Shown: in pieces, positions 39,145-49,242 of the stretch
Numbering within the stretch: position 1 is the stretch's first letter
How the letters are laid out: every line of letters starts with the position of its first letter
Source: Desulfobacterales bacterium
Lineage (GTDB): Bacteria > Desulfobacterota > Desulfobacteria > Desulfobacterales > UBA2174
Assembly: GCA_963668645.2 (NCBI GenBank)
Contig: CAXXWC010000018.1
Location: 480,001 to 544,000, forward strand
Reading direction: 5' to 3'
Length of the DNA stretch: 64,000 nt
Notes under the pieces: generated by a model
Database searches by the model: none
Told to the model about the DNA's origin: nothing
The model's input: the letters and a program-made list of their open reading frames with translations, nothing else
Program-made: the position numbers and the translations under genes

Positions 39145-40206
39145 ATGGCGACCATGACCAGCAAGGAACGCAACGCGGCGGTTCTGGCGGGAAACCCGGT
39201 GGACCGCATTGCCCACTTTCCATTTATCCTCGGCTTCAGCGCCCGCAACGTGGGCTATCCGATCCAGGCGATCTACAGCGACGCCGAGAAGAGCTACGCG
39301 GCCCAGCAGCGCACCTTCGAGCAGTACGGGGTGGACTGGGGCCCGCTTTACGGGTACGCATCGTACGGCACCTGGGAGTTCGGCGGCCAGATCGAGATGC
39401 CCACCGGCACCTACCAGCAGGCCCCGTCGCATAAAACCTTTCCGGTCAACGACGAGGCCGAGGCCGAGCGGCTGGCCCGTCCCGACGTGCGCACGGCCGG
39501 ATGTTTGCCCATAGCCATGGAATTTTCACGCCTGCAGGAACAGAACGGCACGCCGATTTCGGTGATCATGGGCGGCAACTTCACCCTGGCCGGCAACCTT
39601 TGCTCGGTGGCCAAGCTGTGCCGCTGGATGATCAAAAAACCGGATCTGGCCCACCACCTGCTGCGCCTGGCCACGGACCACATCCTGGAGACCGTGGCGT
39701 ACTGGGTCAATACCTTCGGGGCCGAGAAGGTCATCCCCCAGTTCTGGGAACCGATGGCGTCGAACCTGATCATCTCACCGCGCCAGTTCAAGAACTTCGT
39801 TCTGCCGTACCTGGCAGAGACCGGAGAGCGGATCGCCAAGATGGGGGTGCGCCACGTGCTGCACCACATCTGCGGGGACCAGAACGCCAACATGCCGATG
39901 TGGGCCGAGGTGGCCATGGGCGATCCCGGGCTTTGCAGCTTCGGCGATGAGATCGACATCGACAAGGCCATCGAAGTGATCGGCCACAAGGCGGTGCTCA
40001 TCGGCAACCTGGACCCGAGCCTTCTGCTCACGGGCCAGCCCGGGGAGATCGTCCAGCGGTGCCGCCAGATCATCGAGAAGGGCAAGCGGGCGCCGCGCGG
40101 GTTCATGTTCAGCGTGGGCTGCGAGCTGGCCCCGGAAACGCCCGGCTACCACCTCTATCTGGTCCAAAAGGCCCTGGAGACGTTCGGGCGTATGGACAAC
40201 GATTGA
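39145..40206 (+). CDS. MtaA/CmuA-like (UroD superfamily) Zn-dependent methyltransferase, paralog 2
   Basis: MTSKER...VDR, NFTLA, HHICG, GNLDP, GFMFSVGCE. Confidence 0.88.
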   Translation: MATMTSKERNAAVLAGNPVDRIAHFPFILGFSARNVGYPIQAIYSDAEKSYAAQQRTFEQYGVDWGPLYGYASYGTWEFGGQIEMPTGTYQQAPSHKTFPVNDEAEAERLARPDVRTAGCLPIAMEFSRLQEQNGTPISVIMGGNFTLAGNLCSVAKLCRWMIKKPDLAHHLLRLATDHILETVAYWVNTFGAEKVIPQFWEPMASNLIISPRQFKNFVLPYLAETGERIAKMGVRHVLHHICGDQNANMPMWAEVAMGDPGLCSFGDEIDIDKAIEVIGHKAVLIGNLDPSLLLTGQPGEIVQRCRQIIEKGKRAPRGFMFSVGCELAPETPGYHLYLVQKALETFGRMDND

Positions 40207-40303
40207 TTCGCGCATCGATAGCGTTTAATGTGGACTTCAAAATCTGCGTGACGGCGGCGGTGGCGTGGTGCCAGCGCCGCAGATCGCTCCGGGAGAAATG
40301 GTC

Positions 40304-40642
40304 ATGACCCGCGTGGCAGTGGCGTGCGGGGCCTGTGGTTTTCAGGCCGACATCGAGGTTGTACGCGACGGGGCCAGAACCGTATCCTTGCGGCTGGCCA
40401 GCCGTTGCGAGGCGGTGACCCGATGGGGCGCCACCGTGGCACGGATTGACTGGCACGGTCCATTGGGCCGGACGCCGGAGGCCCTGGAGTTCCGGCGTTC
40501 GGCCCTGGATATACTCAAACACCGCAGTTGCCCGGTCCCCCTGGCCGTTCTCAAGGCGATCGAGGTGGAGATCGGCGCCGCGCTGCCTGTGGATGTGACG
40601 ATCCGTTTCGGCCATCCTGACGCAGTGCACCCCGCGGCATAA
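40304..40642 (+). CDS. Small Cys-containing hypothetical protein (DUF6951-like)
   Basis: GACGF, SRC, HRSCPVP..VLKAIEVE.G.ALP pattern; sits between the methyltransferase and RACo genes. Confidence 0.65.
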   Translation: MTRVAVACGACGFQADIEVVRDGARTVSLRLASRCEAVTRWGATVARIDWHGPLGRTPEALEFRRSALDILKHRSCPVPLAVLKAIEVEIGAALPVDVTIRFGHPDAVHPAA

Positions 40643-40655
40643 CAGGAAAAAGGAT

Positions 40656-42542
40656 ATGAATTCGAAAAATCCCGAGGTGGTTTTGCTGCCCGCCGGCCTG
40701 AGGGGCCCGGTGGCGCCCGGCACCCGCCTCGACGAGGCCGCCCGGCAGCTGGGGGCGGACCTTCAGAATCTTTGCGCAGGGCAGGGAAAATGCGGCAAAT
40801 GCCGTATCCGGGTGACCTCTGCGGCCGTGGAGGCGCTTTCCCCGCCAACCGCCATGGAAATCAAGGCCCTGACCGGGGCCGAAAGGCAAAACGGGTGGCG
40901 TCTGGCCTGCCAGGCCAGGGTTAATGGGGATCTGACCATCGACATCCCCGACGAGAGCCGCACCGGCCGCCAGGTGATCTGCAAGGCCCCTGGGGCCCAG
41001 ACCGTGACCCCGGATCCAGCGGTACGCCGCAGCACGGTCCAGGTCTCCCCGGCGGATCTTAACGCGCTTGTCGCGGACTGGGAACGGGTGGCCGCCGCCC
41101 TGGCCGCAGCAGGAGAGACGGGTGAGCTGAGGCCCGATCCGGGCATGCTGAAGGATTTGCCCGCCGCACTGGAGCAGACCGGCGGGCGGATCACGCCGGT
41201 TTTGGATGACACCGGCCGGTGCATCGCCGTTTTGCAGGATGCCTCCCTGCCCCTGGCCGGAGTGGCCCTGGATATCGGCACCACCTCCCTGGCGGCCTAT
41301 CTTTGCGATCTTTCGACCGGCGCCGTCCTGGCCACCGCCTCGGCCATCAATCCCCAGGTTGCCTTCGGTGAAGACGTGATCGCACGTATCACCCACGCCG
41401 CCACGGCGCCTGACGGGCGCCAGGCCCTGCAACAGGCGGTGGTCGGCGCGGTCAACCGGCTGCTGGAAGATCTGGCCGGCCAGAGCGGGGTGCCGCAGCA
41501 TGCCATGGCCGAGATGGTCTGCGTGGGCAACACCTGCATGCACCATCTCTTTGCCGGCATCGATCCGGCCGCCTTGGGCCGGGCGCCTTTTGCACCGGCG
41601 GTTTTCAGGCCTCTGGACATTGCGGCCCGCGATCTGGGTGTGAACCTGGCCGCGGGTGCGAGGGTCCATCTGTTGCCCGTGGTTTCGGGCTTCGTCGGCG
41701 CCGATACGGTGGGGGCGGTTCTGGCGGCCCTGGCCGAACCGTCCGATCAAACGACCCTTTTGGTGGATGTGGGGACCAACGGCGAGATCGTTCTGGCCCA
41801 GGGCGAAAGGATGGTTTGCGCCTCGTGCGCCACCGGCCCGGCCCTGGAAGGGGCCACTTTGCGCCACGGGATGCGGGCTGCAGCCGGCGCCGTCGAGCGG
41901 GTCTGGATCGATCCGCAGACCCTGGAGGTACACTGCCGGGTCATCGGCGATAGTCCGGATCATCCGGTGGCGGCGGCGGGAATCTGCGGTTCGGGGATCA
42001 TCGATGCCGTCGCCCAGATGGTGGACAACAAGATCGTGGGCGCCAACGGCCGTATCTGCAGCGAGGGGGGCTTGGCGCATTTGATCACCGAGGGCCGGCA
42101 GCGCGCCTTTGTGCTGGTGCCGGCCGAAAAAAGCGCCACCGGCAAGCCGATTCTCATCGATCAGGAGGACATTCGTGCCGTTCAAATGGCCAAGGGGGCC
42201 ATCCATGCGGCGGTGCGTCTTTTGATGGAAAGCCTCGGGGTGGAGCGGTTGGACCGGATCCTGCTCGGCGGGGCCTTCGGGTCCCTGATCGATCCGGCAT
42301 CGGCCCTTACCATCGGGCTGATCCCCCCGGTTGCATCAACCTGCATCCAGGCGGTGGGCAACGTGGCCGGCGACGGGGCCCGCCTGGCCCTGCTAAGCCG
42401 CGAAAAGCGCCGCCAGGCGGTCCTCCTGGCACAGGGGATGGAGTATCTCGAGTTGACTGTTCATCCGCGTTTTTCGCGTGAATTCGCCATGGCGATGTAC
42501 CTTCCCTATCTGCAGGACCAGAAGCTGCGCGCCCGCTTTTAA
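40656..42542 (+). CDS. Reductive activator of corrinoid proteins (RACo/RamA-type ASKHA ATPase with N-terminal [2Fe-2S] domain)
   Basis: CAGQGKCGKC..RLACQ; DIGTTS, GEDVIARI, GFVGAD, DVGTNGE, GPALEG, GICGSG, GGAFG. Confidence 0.95.
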   Translation: MNSKNPEVVLLPAGLRGPVAPGTRLDEAARQLGADLQNLCAGQGKCGKCRIRVTSAAVEALSPPTAMEIKALTGAERQNGWRLACQARVNGDLTIDIPDESRTGRQVICKAPGAQTVTPDPAVRRSTVQVSPADLNALVADWERVAAALAAAGETGELRPDPGMLKDLPAALEQTGGRITPVLDDTGRCIAVLQDASLPLAGVALDIGTTSLAAYLCDLSTGAVLATASAINPQVAFGEDVIARITHAATAPDGRQALQQAVVGAVNRLLEDLAGQSGVPQHAMAEMVCVGNTCMHHLFAGIDPAALGRAPFAPAVFRPLDIAARDLGVNLAAGARVHLLPVVSGFVGADTVGAVLAALAEPSDQTTLLVDVGTNGEIVLAQGERMVCASCATGPALEGATLRHGMRAAAGAVERVWIDPQTLEVHCRVIGDSPDHPVAAAGICGSGIIDAVAQMVDNKIVGANGRICSEGGLAHLITEGRQRAFVLVPAEKSATGKPILIDQEDIRAVQMAKGAIHAAVRLLMESLGVERLDRILLGGAFGSLIDPASALTIGLIPPVASTCIQAVGNVAGDGARLALLSREKRRQAVLLAQGMEYLELTVHPRFSREFAMAMYLPYLQDQKLRARF

Positions 42543-42646
42543 CAGGCGCGCTGGCCGGACCGGGCCGCGGGGATATTGCGAATTCGGATCAATGGGCCCG
42601 CCTGCTCGAAAGGGGAGGAGGACCGTTTGAGAAAGGAAATGTTCAG

Positions 42647-43327
42647 ATGGAAACCTCCAAGGCGCACTGCGCCCTTTGCCGCGTCCCCAAAGCGCAGCGG
42701 ATCTGCCAGGATCCTAAATCCGGCCGGGGTCCGGAATTTTGCCCGACGGTCAACTACGCCGGGATCATCGAGGCGGTCACGGCCCGCTACCGCGATCCGC
42801 AGGTCTATCAATTCGCCCGCCAGGCCGCGATCCAGGAGGCATCCTGCTATGCCAACCGGGCTCCGGGAGCCTGCGCCCTGCAGCCCACCAAGCCCCGGAT
42901 CCAGGAAACGGTGGAGTTCGCCTCCCGCATCGGCTGCAGGAAGCTGGGGCTGGCCTTTTGCGGCGGGCTGCAAAAAGAAGCCGGCCTGGTGGCCGGGATT
43001 ATCGAGGCCCATGGGTTCGAGCTGTCGTCCGTGGCTTGCAATTGCGGGGCCGTGTTAAAGGAAGCAATCGAGATCGAAGACGCGGACAAGGTCTGCCCGG
43101 GCAGCGCCGAGACCATGTGCAATCCGCTGCTGCAGGCCGAGATCCTCAACCGTGAAGGCACCGAGTTGAACATCGTCCTCGGGCTTTGCGTGGGGCACGA
43201 TTCCCTTTTCCTCAAGCACGCCCAAGCCTTTTGCACCGTCCTGGCGGCCAAGGACCGGGTCACGGGGCACAACCCTCTGGCGGCGGTCTACACCGCCCAT
43301 TCCTACTACCAGAGGCTCAAGGCCTGA
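42647..43327 (+). CDS. DUF1847-family Cys-rich metal-binding protein
   Basis: GLAFCGGL, MCNP..QA, GLCVGHDSLF, KDRVTGHNP. Confidence 0.85.
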   Translation: METSKAHCALCRVPKAQRICQDPKSGRGPEFCPTVNYAGIIEAVTARYRDPQVYQFARQAAIQEASCYANRAPGACALQPTKPRIQETVEFASRIGCRKLGLAFCGGLQKEAGLVAGIIEAHGFELSSVACNCGAVLKEAIEIEDADKVCPGSAETMCNPLLQAEILNREGTELNIVLGLCVGHDSLFLKHAQAFCTVLAAKDRVTGHNPLAAVYTAHSYYQRLKA

Positions 43328-43356
43328 TCAGCCCGGAATAAAAATCAAAGCGGCGT

Positions 43357-45240
43357 TTAGGCCATGCCGGACCCGGTGGGGGACTCATCGTTGTCCAACA
43401 GTCCCCTTACCGCGACTGCCAGTTTCGTCTTGGTGAAAGGCTTTTGAATAAACGGCGCTGCGCAATCAAGTATTCCGTGATGGACGATGGTGTTGTCCGC
43501 ATAGCCGGACATAAAAAGAACCTTGAGTCCTGGCAGGGCGGTTTTGAGGCGCCCGGTCAGGACTTTTCCACTCATCTGCGGCATCACCACATCGGTAATG
43601 ACCAGATCGGGGCGAAGTTTTTTCTCTTCAACCCAAGACAAGGCTTCTTTGCCGTTCGCAGCAACGGCGACCCGATAATTCAGGGATTTCAAAGTTGTCT
43701 CACAAAGTCTTCTTACAGAAGGTTCATCCTCCACCACGAGAACCATTTCACCGTTGCCTTTGACCGCTAGATCGCCCCTTGGCGCTTTTCTCGCTGAGGG
43801 TGAATCGATTGTTTCTGGCAGATAAATCTTGAACGTCGTGCCGTGGCCGGACTCACTGTAGACCCAGATATTGCCCCCGGACTGTTTGACGATCCCGTAG
43901 ACAGTGGAAAGCCCGAGTCCGGTGCCCTTGTCCCTTGTTTTGGTCGTAAAGAACGGTTCGAAGATCTTCGCCCGTATCTCCTCGGTCATCCCGCAACCGG
44001 TATCGGTGACGGCGATCATCACATATCGGCCCGGATTTACGCTGACATGCGTACTCGCGTATTGGTCATCGAGTTCGATATTGGAGGTTTCGATCGCCAG
44101 TTTCCCGCCTTGCGGCATGGCATCACGGGCATTGACGGCAAGGTTGACAATCACTTGTTCCATTTGGCCCGGATCGACCCTGACAAAGGAAAGGTCTCTG
44201 GAGAGCAAGGTGGCCAACTCGATGTCTTCTCCGATAATCCGGCGAAGGACCTTCTCTATGTTTTTGACGACAAGATTCAAGTCCAGCATTTCCGGTTGGA
44301 GCCTTTGCCGGCGACTGAAGGCCAATAGCTGGCGGGTCAATTCGGCCGAGCGCTTCCCGGCTTGCAGTATTTCCTGTGCGTATTCGCGCAGTGGGTCCGT
44401 TGGCCGGAGGGCATGCAAAAGCTCTTCGCCATAGCCGAGGATCACCCCTAACATGTTGTTGAAGTCATGAGCGATTCCCCCTGCAAGTTGGCCGACGGAT
44501 TCGAGCTTTTGGGATTGTTCGAGTTGATTTTGCAGGAAGATCCGTTTTGTTTCGCTGCTTTTTCTTTCGATAATCTCGGTTTTTAAGGTTTGGTTTACCT
44601 TTTTAAGCTCTTTTTGATTGTCCTGAAGATTTTTGCGCAGCCTTTCTTCTTCAACGAGTGCGGATTTCAATCCATCGATGATGGCGGTTATGGATATCGC
44701 CGAGGCCGCATTGAGCGTTATGAAATTTAAAAAGATAACCACCCATTTTGAAACCGTGTTTTCCGCAGGGACATGCGAACCGGTCCAGATGCCGGCCCAG
44801 ATAAGCCCGCCAAGGGACACAATTGTCAGCGCATTGATAAAGAGGGTGATCACTGTGCTTTTGTAATCCAAAAGGATTCCGGCAAGGACCGGAAAAGCAA
44901 ACAGCCAGACAGGACCAGCCCCGAAAGGGCCGATCACCCATAAAAGAATCAGGCCGACAAGATAGCAAAGAATGGTGACATTGACGGCGCGAAATTGGTA
45001 AGTGAGTCGGCGGCTGAAAAACAGATATAGCAGATACAGGTAGACAGCGGTATCGATGACCGCGACGATGATCAGGTCCTCTTTGAGTGAAAGCCATACA
45101 CTCGGAATGTAAGCCGCCATCCCCAGTGCAACGGATGTCAGCAAGATCAGATAAAGGACCCGGTTTCGCCAATATTCCAGCTTGTCCGTGCCTGAAAGCG
45201 GCTTCAGCTCTGGCCAGATAAATATCCGATAAGGCAACAT
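43357..45240 (-). CDS. Membrane-bound hybrid sensor histidine kinase/response regulator
   Basis: About 6 N-terminal TMs; AHDFNN H-box, [20 protein letters not shown]; receiver VVEDE..TDVVMP..KPF. Confidence 0.95.
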   Translation of the reverse strand: MLPYRIFIWPELKPLSGTDKLEYWRNRVLYLILLTSVALGMAAYIPSVWLSLKEDLIIVAVIDTAVYLYLLYLFFSRRLTYQFRAVNVTILCYLVGLILLWVIGPFGAGPVWLFAFPVLAGILLDYKSTVITLFINALTIVSLGGLIWAGIWTGSHVPAENTVSKWVVIFLNFITLNAASAISITAIIDGLKSALVEEERLRKNLQDNQKELKKVNQTLKTEIIERKSSETKRIFLQNQLEQSQKLESVGQLAGGIAHDFNNMLGVILGYGEELLHALRPTDPLREYAQEILQAGKRSAELTRQLLAFSRRQRLQPEMLDLNLVVKNIEKVLRRIIGEDIELATLLSRDLSFVRVDPGQMEQVIVNLAVNARDAMPQGGKLAIETSNIELDDQYASTHVSVNPGRYVMIAVTDTGCGMTEEIRAKIFEPFFTTKTRDKGTGLGLSTVYGIVKQSGGNIWVYSESGHGTTFKIYLPETIDSPSARKAPRGDLAVKGNGEMVLVVEDEPSVRRLCETTLKSLNYRVAVAANGKEALSWVEEKKLRPDLVITDVVMPQMSGKVLTGRLKTALPGLKVLFMSGYADNTIVHHGILDCAAPFIQKPFTKTKLAVAVRGLLDNDESPTGSGMA

Positions 45241-45427
45241 GCTGGCGCTCTCCGTGTATGCCTTGACGAGACAATGACGCGGTCATCTCTACGGTTTTTC
45301 AAATTTTTTGAAACCGAAGATGGAACTTGGCCGTTTGATTTTGCATATTACCGGTGCTGCCGCTAAAAGCCAAGCCCGGCAACCTGCGATGGAACCAGGT
45401 TTCTTAGAATTTCACTGCGTTTTTCGT

Positions 45428-45811
45428 TCAAACGGCCGGATCAGGTGCTGCGGCGGTTCCGGCGGGAATGGTCGGATTCAGTTGCTCGAAGCGCTCGAAG
45501 TATCCGATGAGCAGCCCCTGCGCGTCGCGTACGGCCACCATGGAGGCTTTTTCATTCTCTTTGGTGACCTTGACGAAAACGGCCTCTTCACCCTGCTGCA
45601 AACGCGCGTAGAGTCCCAGGATTTTTTCGCGTGAAGCCGGCTTGTGGCAGTCGAAAATCGATTTTCCCACCAGATCGTCAAAACCGCGCTTTTGGTAGAA
45701 CCAGTGCCGGGCCGCCCGGTTGAGGTAGCGGATCACATGCGTGTTGTCCACGAACACCAGGCGATGATGGATGCTGTCGAGGATGGCCTCGTAGGTTTCG
45801 ATATCCAGCAT
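45428..45811 (-). CDS. Stand-alone PAS domain protein
   Basis: ILDSI...VFVD..VIRYLN.AA, LVGKSIFDCH, VRDAQG..IGYFE. Confidence 0.85.
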   Translation of the reverse strand: MLDIETYEAILDSIHHRLVFVDNTHVIRYLNRAARHWFYQKRGFDDLVGKSIFDCHKPASREKILGLYARLQQGEEAVFVKVTKENEKASMVAVRDAQGLLIGYFERFEQLNPTIPAGTAAAPDPAV

Positions 45812-45898
45812 GGGAAGGGGCTTGTCCTTTCGAAAAAAACGATGCGGTTCAATCGATGGCCTGGATTTTCTAAATCAAGGCGGCGGACAAGTCAACTA

Positions 45899-46042
45899 GT
45901 GTCCGTCCATAAATGGTGATTTTTGGTTTCCGGCAAGGCCCGAGCGAGTTTCCAGCCGGAGCAATAGCCCGCTATTTCGAGGATTGGAAACGAGTGAGAA
46001 CGCCGCCAGGGGCCGAAAGGTGCCGTTTATGGATGGGAACAC
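45899..46042. repeat. Structured palindromic intergenic repeat, copy B (MITE-like, with apparent 6-bp target duplication)
   Basis: Ends GTGTCCGTCCATAAA / TTTATGGATGGGAACAC; direct repeat CAACTA at 45893-45898 and 46043-46048; homologous to 38987-39123. Confidence 0.8.
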
Positions 46043-46180
46043 CAACTAATAGTCCTCTGGCAACGCTGCCAGGCCGCCTGCGGGGCCGCAAGATCCCGTT
46101 GTCTTTCCAGCCCGATCTGCCCACCCTGGCTTCACCACTATGCGGAGAAAGGAACGTGGTTATTGTGGTCTAGCAAAACT

Positions 46181-46197
46181 CCGGCACACGGCCTGCA
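46181..46197 (+). promoter_or_regulatory. Possible sigma-54 promoter for msrAB
   Basis: CCGGCACACGGCCTGCA has GG-N10-GC spacing, about 37 bp upstream of the ATG. Confidence 0.35.
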
Positions 46198-46233
46198 ACC
46201 GGGTGCCGCCTCGGGCCTGCAAGGAGGTCTGCG

Positions 46234-47364
46234 ATGAAACGTCTCTATATCGTGCTGGCGGTTGTGGCGGTGGCGATTTTTTGGGGCCAGCGCCAGGTTG
46301 CCGGCCTGGAATCGAAGGAGGGTCCCATGAATCGACAGTTGCCTTCCGGTACCGCCTCGGCCGTGTTTGCCGGCGGTTGCTTCTGGTGCAGCGAATCGGA
46401 TTTCGAGAAGATCGACGGTGTCCTCGATGTGATTTCGGGGTACACCGGCGGCCATGTGGCGCATCCCACTTACCAACAGGTCTGCGCCGGCGGCACAGGC
46501 CACGTGGAGGCGGTGCAGGTGCTTTATGATCCTTCCAGGGTCGATTACGAACGCCTGTTGGATGTTTATTGGCGCCATATCGATCCGACGGATCCCGGCG
46601 GTCAGTTCGTCGACCGCGGCCAGCAGTACCGCAGCGTTATCTTCTATGCCGACGAGGCCCAGAAAAGGTCTGCCGAGGCCTCCCGCGACCGCCTGGCGGC
46701 CGGCGGGCCTTTTAAAAAGCCCATCGTGACAGAGATCCTGCCCCTGGCAGAGTTCTATCCAGCCGAGGACTACCACCAGGATTACCACCAGAAAAATCCG
46801 CTGCGCTACCAATTTTACCGGCGCGCATCCGGACGGGACGGTTTCATTGAAAAAGCCTGGGCGGTCTTCGCCAAGACAATTCGCGACCCTGTTCCGGGGC
46901 GGGGGGAACCGGAGGTCGGGGCCCCGCCATATCCGCGGCCGGCAGACGAGGCGCTGCGCCGGCGGCTCGATCCTCTGCAGTACAAGGTCGTGCGCCAAAA
47001 CGGAACGGAACCGCCCTTCGAGAATGCCTTCTGGGATAACCACGAACCGGGTATCTATGTGGACGTCGCCAGTGGTGAACCGCTTTTCAGCTCGACGGAC
47101 AAGTTCGATTCGGGGACCGGCTGGCCCAGTTTCACCCGCCCCCTGGAAAAGGACCATGTCGTGGAAAATATGGACCGGAGCCTCTGGATGACCCGCACCG
47201 AGGTGCGCAGCCGTTATGGCGACAGCCATCTTGGGCATGTCTTCGACGATGGGCCGGAGCCCACCGGCCGGCGCTACTGCGTCAACAGTGCTGCCCTGCG
47301 CTTTATTCCGGCCGCTGAACTGGAAAAGGAGGGCTACGGGGCCTACCGCAGGCTTTTCGAGTGA
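46234..47364 (+). CDS. msrAB: Exported bifunctional methionine sulfoxide reductase MsrA/MsrB
   Basis: N-terminal hydrophobic segment; [41 protein letters not shown]. Confidence 0.95.
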   Translation: MKRLYIVLAVVAVAIFWGQRQVAGLESKEGPMNRQLPSGTASAVFAGGCFWCSESDFEKIDGVLDVISGYTGGHVAHPTYQQVCAGGTGHVEAVQVLYDPSRVDYERLLDVYWRHIDPTDPGGQFVDRGQQYRSVIFYADEAQKRSAEASRDRLAAGGPFKKPIVTEILPLAEFYPAEDYHQDYHQKNPLRYQFYRRASGRDGFIEKAWAVFAKTIRDPVPGRGEPEVGAPPYPRPADEALRRRLDPLQYKVVRQNGTEPPFENAFWDNHEPGIYVDVASGEPLFSSTDKFDSGTGWPSFTRPLEKDHVVENMDRSLWMTRTEVRSRYGDSHLGHVFDDGPEPTGRRYCVNSAALRFIPAAELEKEGYGAYRRLFE

Positions 47365-47463
47365 TACGGCCCCTCGATACGGCGGTCGAACGGGACGGGA
47401 GGATGCACGTTCGTTTTTAAAACCGTGCGCGCCGCTTTCCCGCCCGACCACGGCCGGTCCGCT

Positions 47464-47835
47464 CTATCCTTCCACCACGAATCGCTGAACGATATCGAAC
47501 AGTGCCTGAATGTCGGAGGGGCTCTCGAGGTAGGCGTCGACCACCTCGGGGGCAACGGCATGGACATCATCCGGGGGCGCAGCGATCAGGATGCCGATAC
47601 ATCGGGGCTGATCTTTCTTGATGGCGACCAGTAGATCCCGGCCGGACATGCGCTCGAGCACTTCGTCGCAGAAGATGATATCGGTCTGGCCGTACGTGTC
47701 GAAATGATCGAGCGCTTCTGTTTCGTTCCGGGCCCAGAGGACCTCACGGTTGACCGAGAATTCCAGGACATCGACGATAAAATCCCGGATCGAAGGGTCC
47801 CGGGATACGACCAGGATCTTGACGTTGTCGCGCAT
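47464..47835 (-). CDS. Single-domain response regulator receiver (atypical)
   Basis: KILVV, DIIFCD, MSGRDLL; conserved Lys replaced (YLESP) and acidic pocket altered. Confidence 0.75.
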   Translation of the reverse strand: MRDNVKILVVSRDPSIRDFIVDVLEFSVNREVLWARNETEALDHFDTYGQTDIIFCDEVLERMSGRDLLVAIKKDQPRCIGILIAAPPDDVHAVAPEVVDAYLESPSDIQALFDIVQRFVVEG

Positions 47836-47843
47836 GGCCGGCC

Positions 47844-48584
47844 TCAGGCGACTTTCAAAAAAGCCATCTGCGCCAAGACCTTGTCGCCGCGCAGGTGATT
47901 GCCGATGAAATTGACGCTGTTTCCCAGGCAGGCCGGGTCATGGGATGCGACGGGAAATTCGGAAAAAGCCCTGGCCAGCATAACGATGTGTTTTTCCAGC
48001 AACGGACTGTGCGATTTGCCAAAACGGAACATATTCTGACGCGGCAGTTGATCGAGGATCATGCCGGAGTTACTTACGATGGCCTTCTGGCGGTAAAATC
48101 CCAAAGGGTATCCTTTGAGGTAGGCCTTGGCGGCGATATTGAGCAGTTTGAGGCGGGCAAGGAAGATGTCGTCGTTAGCCTTGGCAGCCGGTGCGGCTGA
48201 TAAAGGCGGTGCCAGCGGGCATCCCCAATGACGCAGCAGGGCCTCCAGCCGCTGGGCCTTGGCATCGGCAAGCTTTTTGAACTGGATCCCGCATCTTCTC
48301 CAGATTACCGGTTCACACCCGGTGGGGGCGGCCTCGGAATCGAAGGCGATCGTGAAGGGCACGTCGTTGAGGCAGAACTCTTCGCGATCTGCCAGGATAT
48401 CGATCTGACGCCCTTCATTTGCCCTTTCATCGAAGAAGAAATACTCGAACGCGGCCCCCTGGGAGCTGATATTGACCAAAAATCCGGCGGCTTCACAGCC
48501 GGTCGTGCAGATACGGACTTGGGCGCCTTCAGGGGCCGGATAGCGGCGGTATCGCCTCCTGTCGGCAGTTCGGGAAGATTGCAT
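47844..48584 (-). CDS. PilZ domain protein with uncharacterised C-terminal domain
   Basis: RRYRR (RxxxR) and NISSQG (D/NxSxxG) motifs, RCGIQF. Confidence 0.8.
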   Translation of the reverse strand: MQSSRTADRRRYRRYPAPEGAQVRICTTGCEAAGFLVNISSQGAAFEYFFFDERANEGRQIDILADREEFCLNDVPFTIAFDSEAAPTGCEPVIWRRCGIQFKKLADAKAQRLEALLRHWGCPLAPPLSAAPAAKANDDIFLARLKLLNIAAKAYLKGYPLGFYRQKAIVSNSGMILDQLPRQNMFRFGKSHSPLLEKHIVMLARAFSEFPVASHDPACLGNSVNFIGNHLRGDKVLAQMAFLKVA

Positions 48585-48931
48585 TGGCGGTCTCCTTTGT
48601 TTTTTCCTGTCTTTGTGCCTCGTGATCCGTCAAACGCCGCAATTCAACTTAAAGGCCGAAGGTCGCTTCCAACTTGCCGGCGGGCAAAGGCGCTTGCATA
48701 GCCGGGGGTGTCCCTGCCATGTTGCGTTAAATTCAATTAATGGGCTTAATTTGATTAATTAGCTCCCCTTAATTCCTTAGGGGTATTCAAATCCATTGTC
48801 AAGGATCTGCACCCGCAAATCTCGGTGAGTCCGCGATCTGGCAGTATCCCCAAGAGATGGAAGAAAGGCGGGGCTTCAAGCGGGGTGATGGGGCGTGAGA
48901 TCTTCGCCGACCGAGCCAGGAGGATAACGTA

Positions 48932-49198
48932 TTATCTCAGCTGGCTGTCCTTGCTGCCGCGCCGGTTGTAGCTCGCCGTGGTGGTCTGGGCGGCCTCGAG
49001 CCGGGCCTGGCATTGCACGCACAGCCGCACGCCCGGGATGGCCTGGCGGCGGGCTTCGGGGATCGGTTCATCGCAATGCTTGCAATGGGTGGCGCTTTCA
49101 CCCTCGGGGAGCCGGCTGCGGGCCAGCTTCACCGCGTCGTCCACACTGGCATCGATCTGGTCCTGGATGGCCCCGTCACGGGCCCAGCCCACCGCCAT
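48932..49198 (-). CDS. DksA/TraR family C4 zinc-finger protein (YbiI-like)
   Basis: MAVGWARDGAIQDQID, CKHCDEPIPEARR..PGVRLCVQCQ, RRGSKDSQLR. Confidence 0.93.
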   Translation of the reverse strand: MAVGWARDGAIQDQIDASVDDAVKLARSRLPEGESATHCKHCDEPIPEARRQAIPGVRLCVQCQARLEAAQTTTASYNRRGSKDSQLR

Positions 49199-49242
49199 GT
49201 ATTCCTCCTTGTGCGATATCGGTTTTCATCTTTCGGTGCGCA

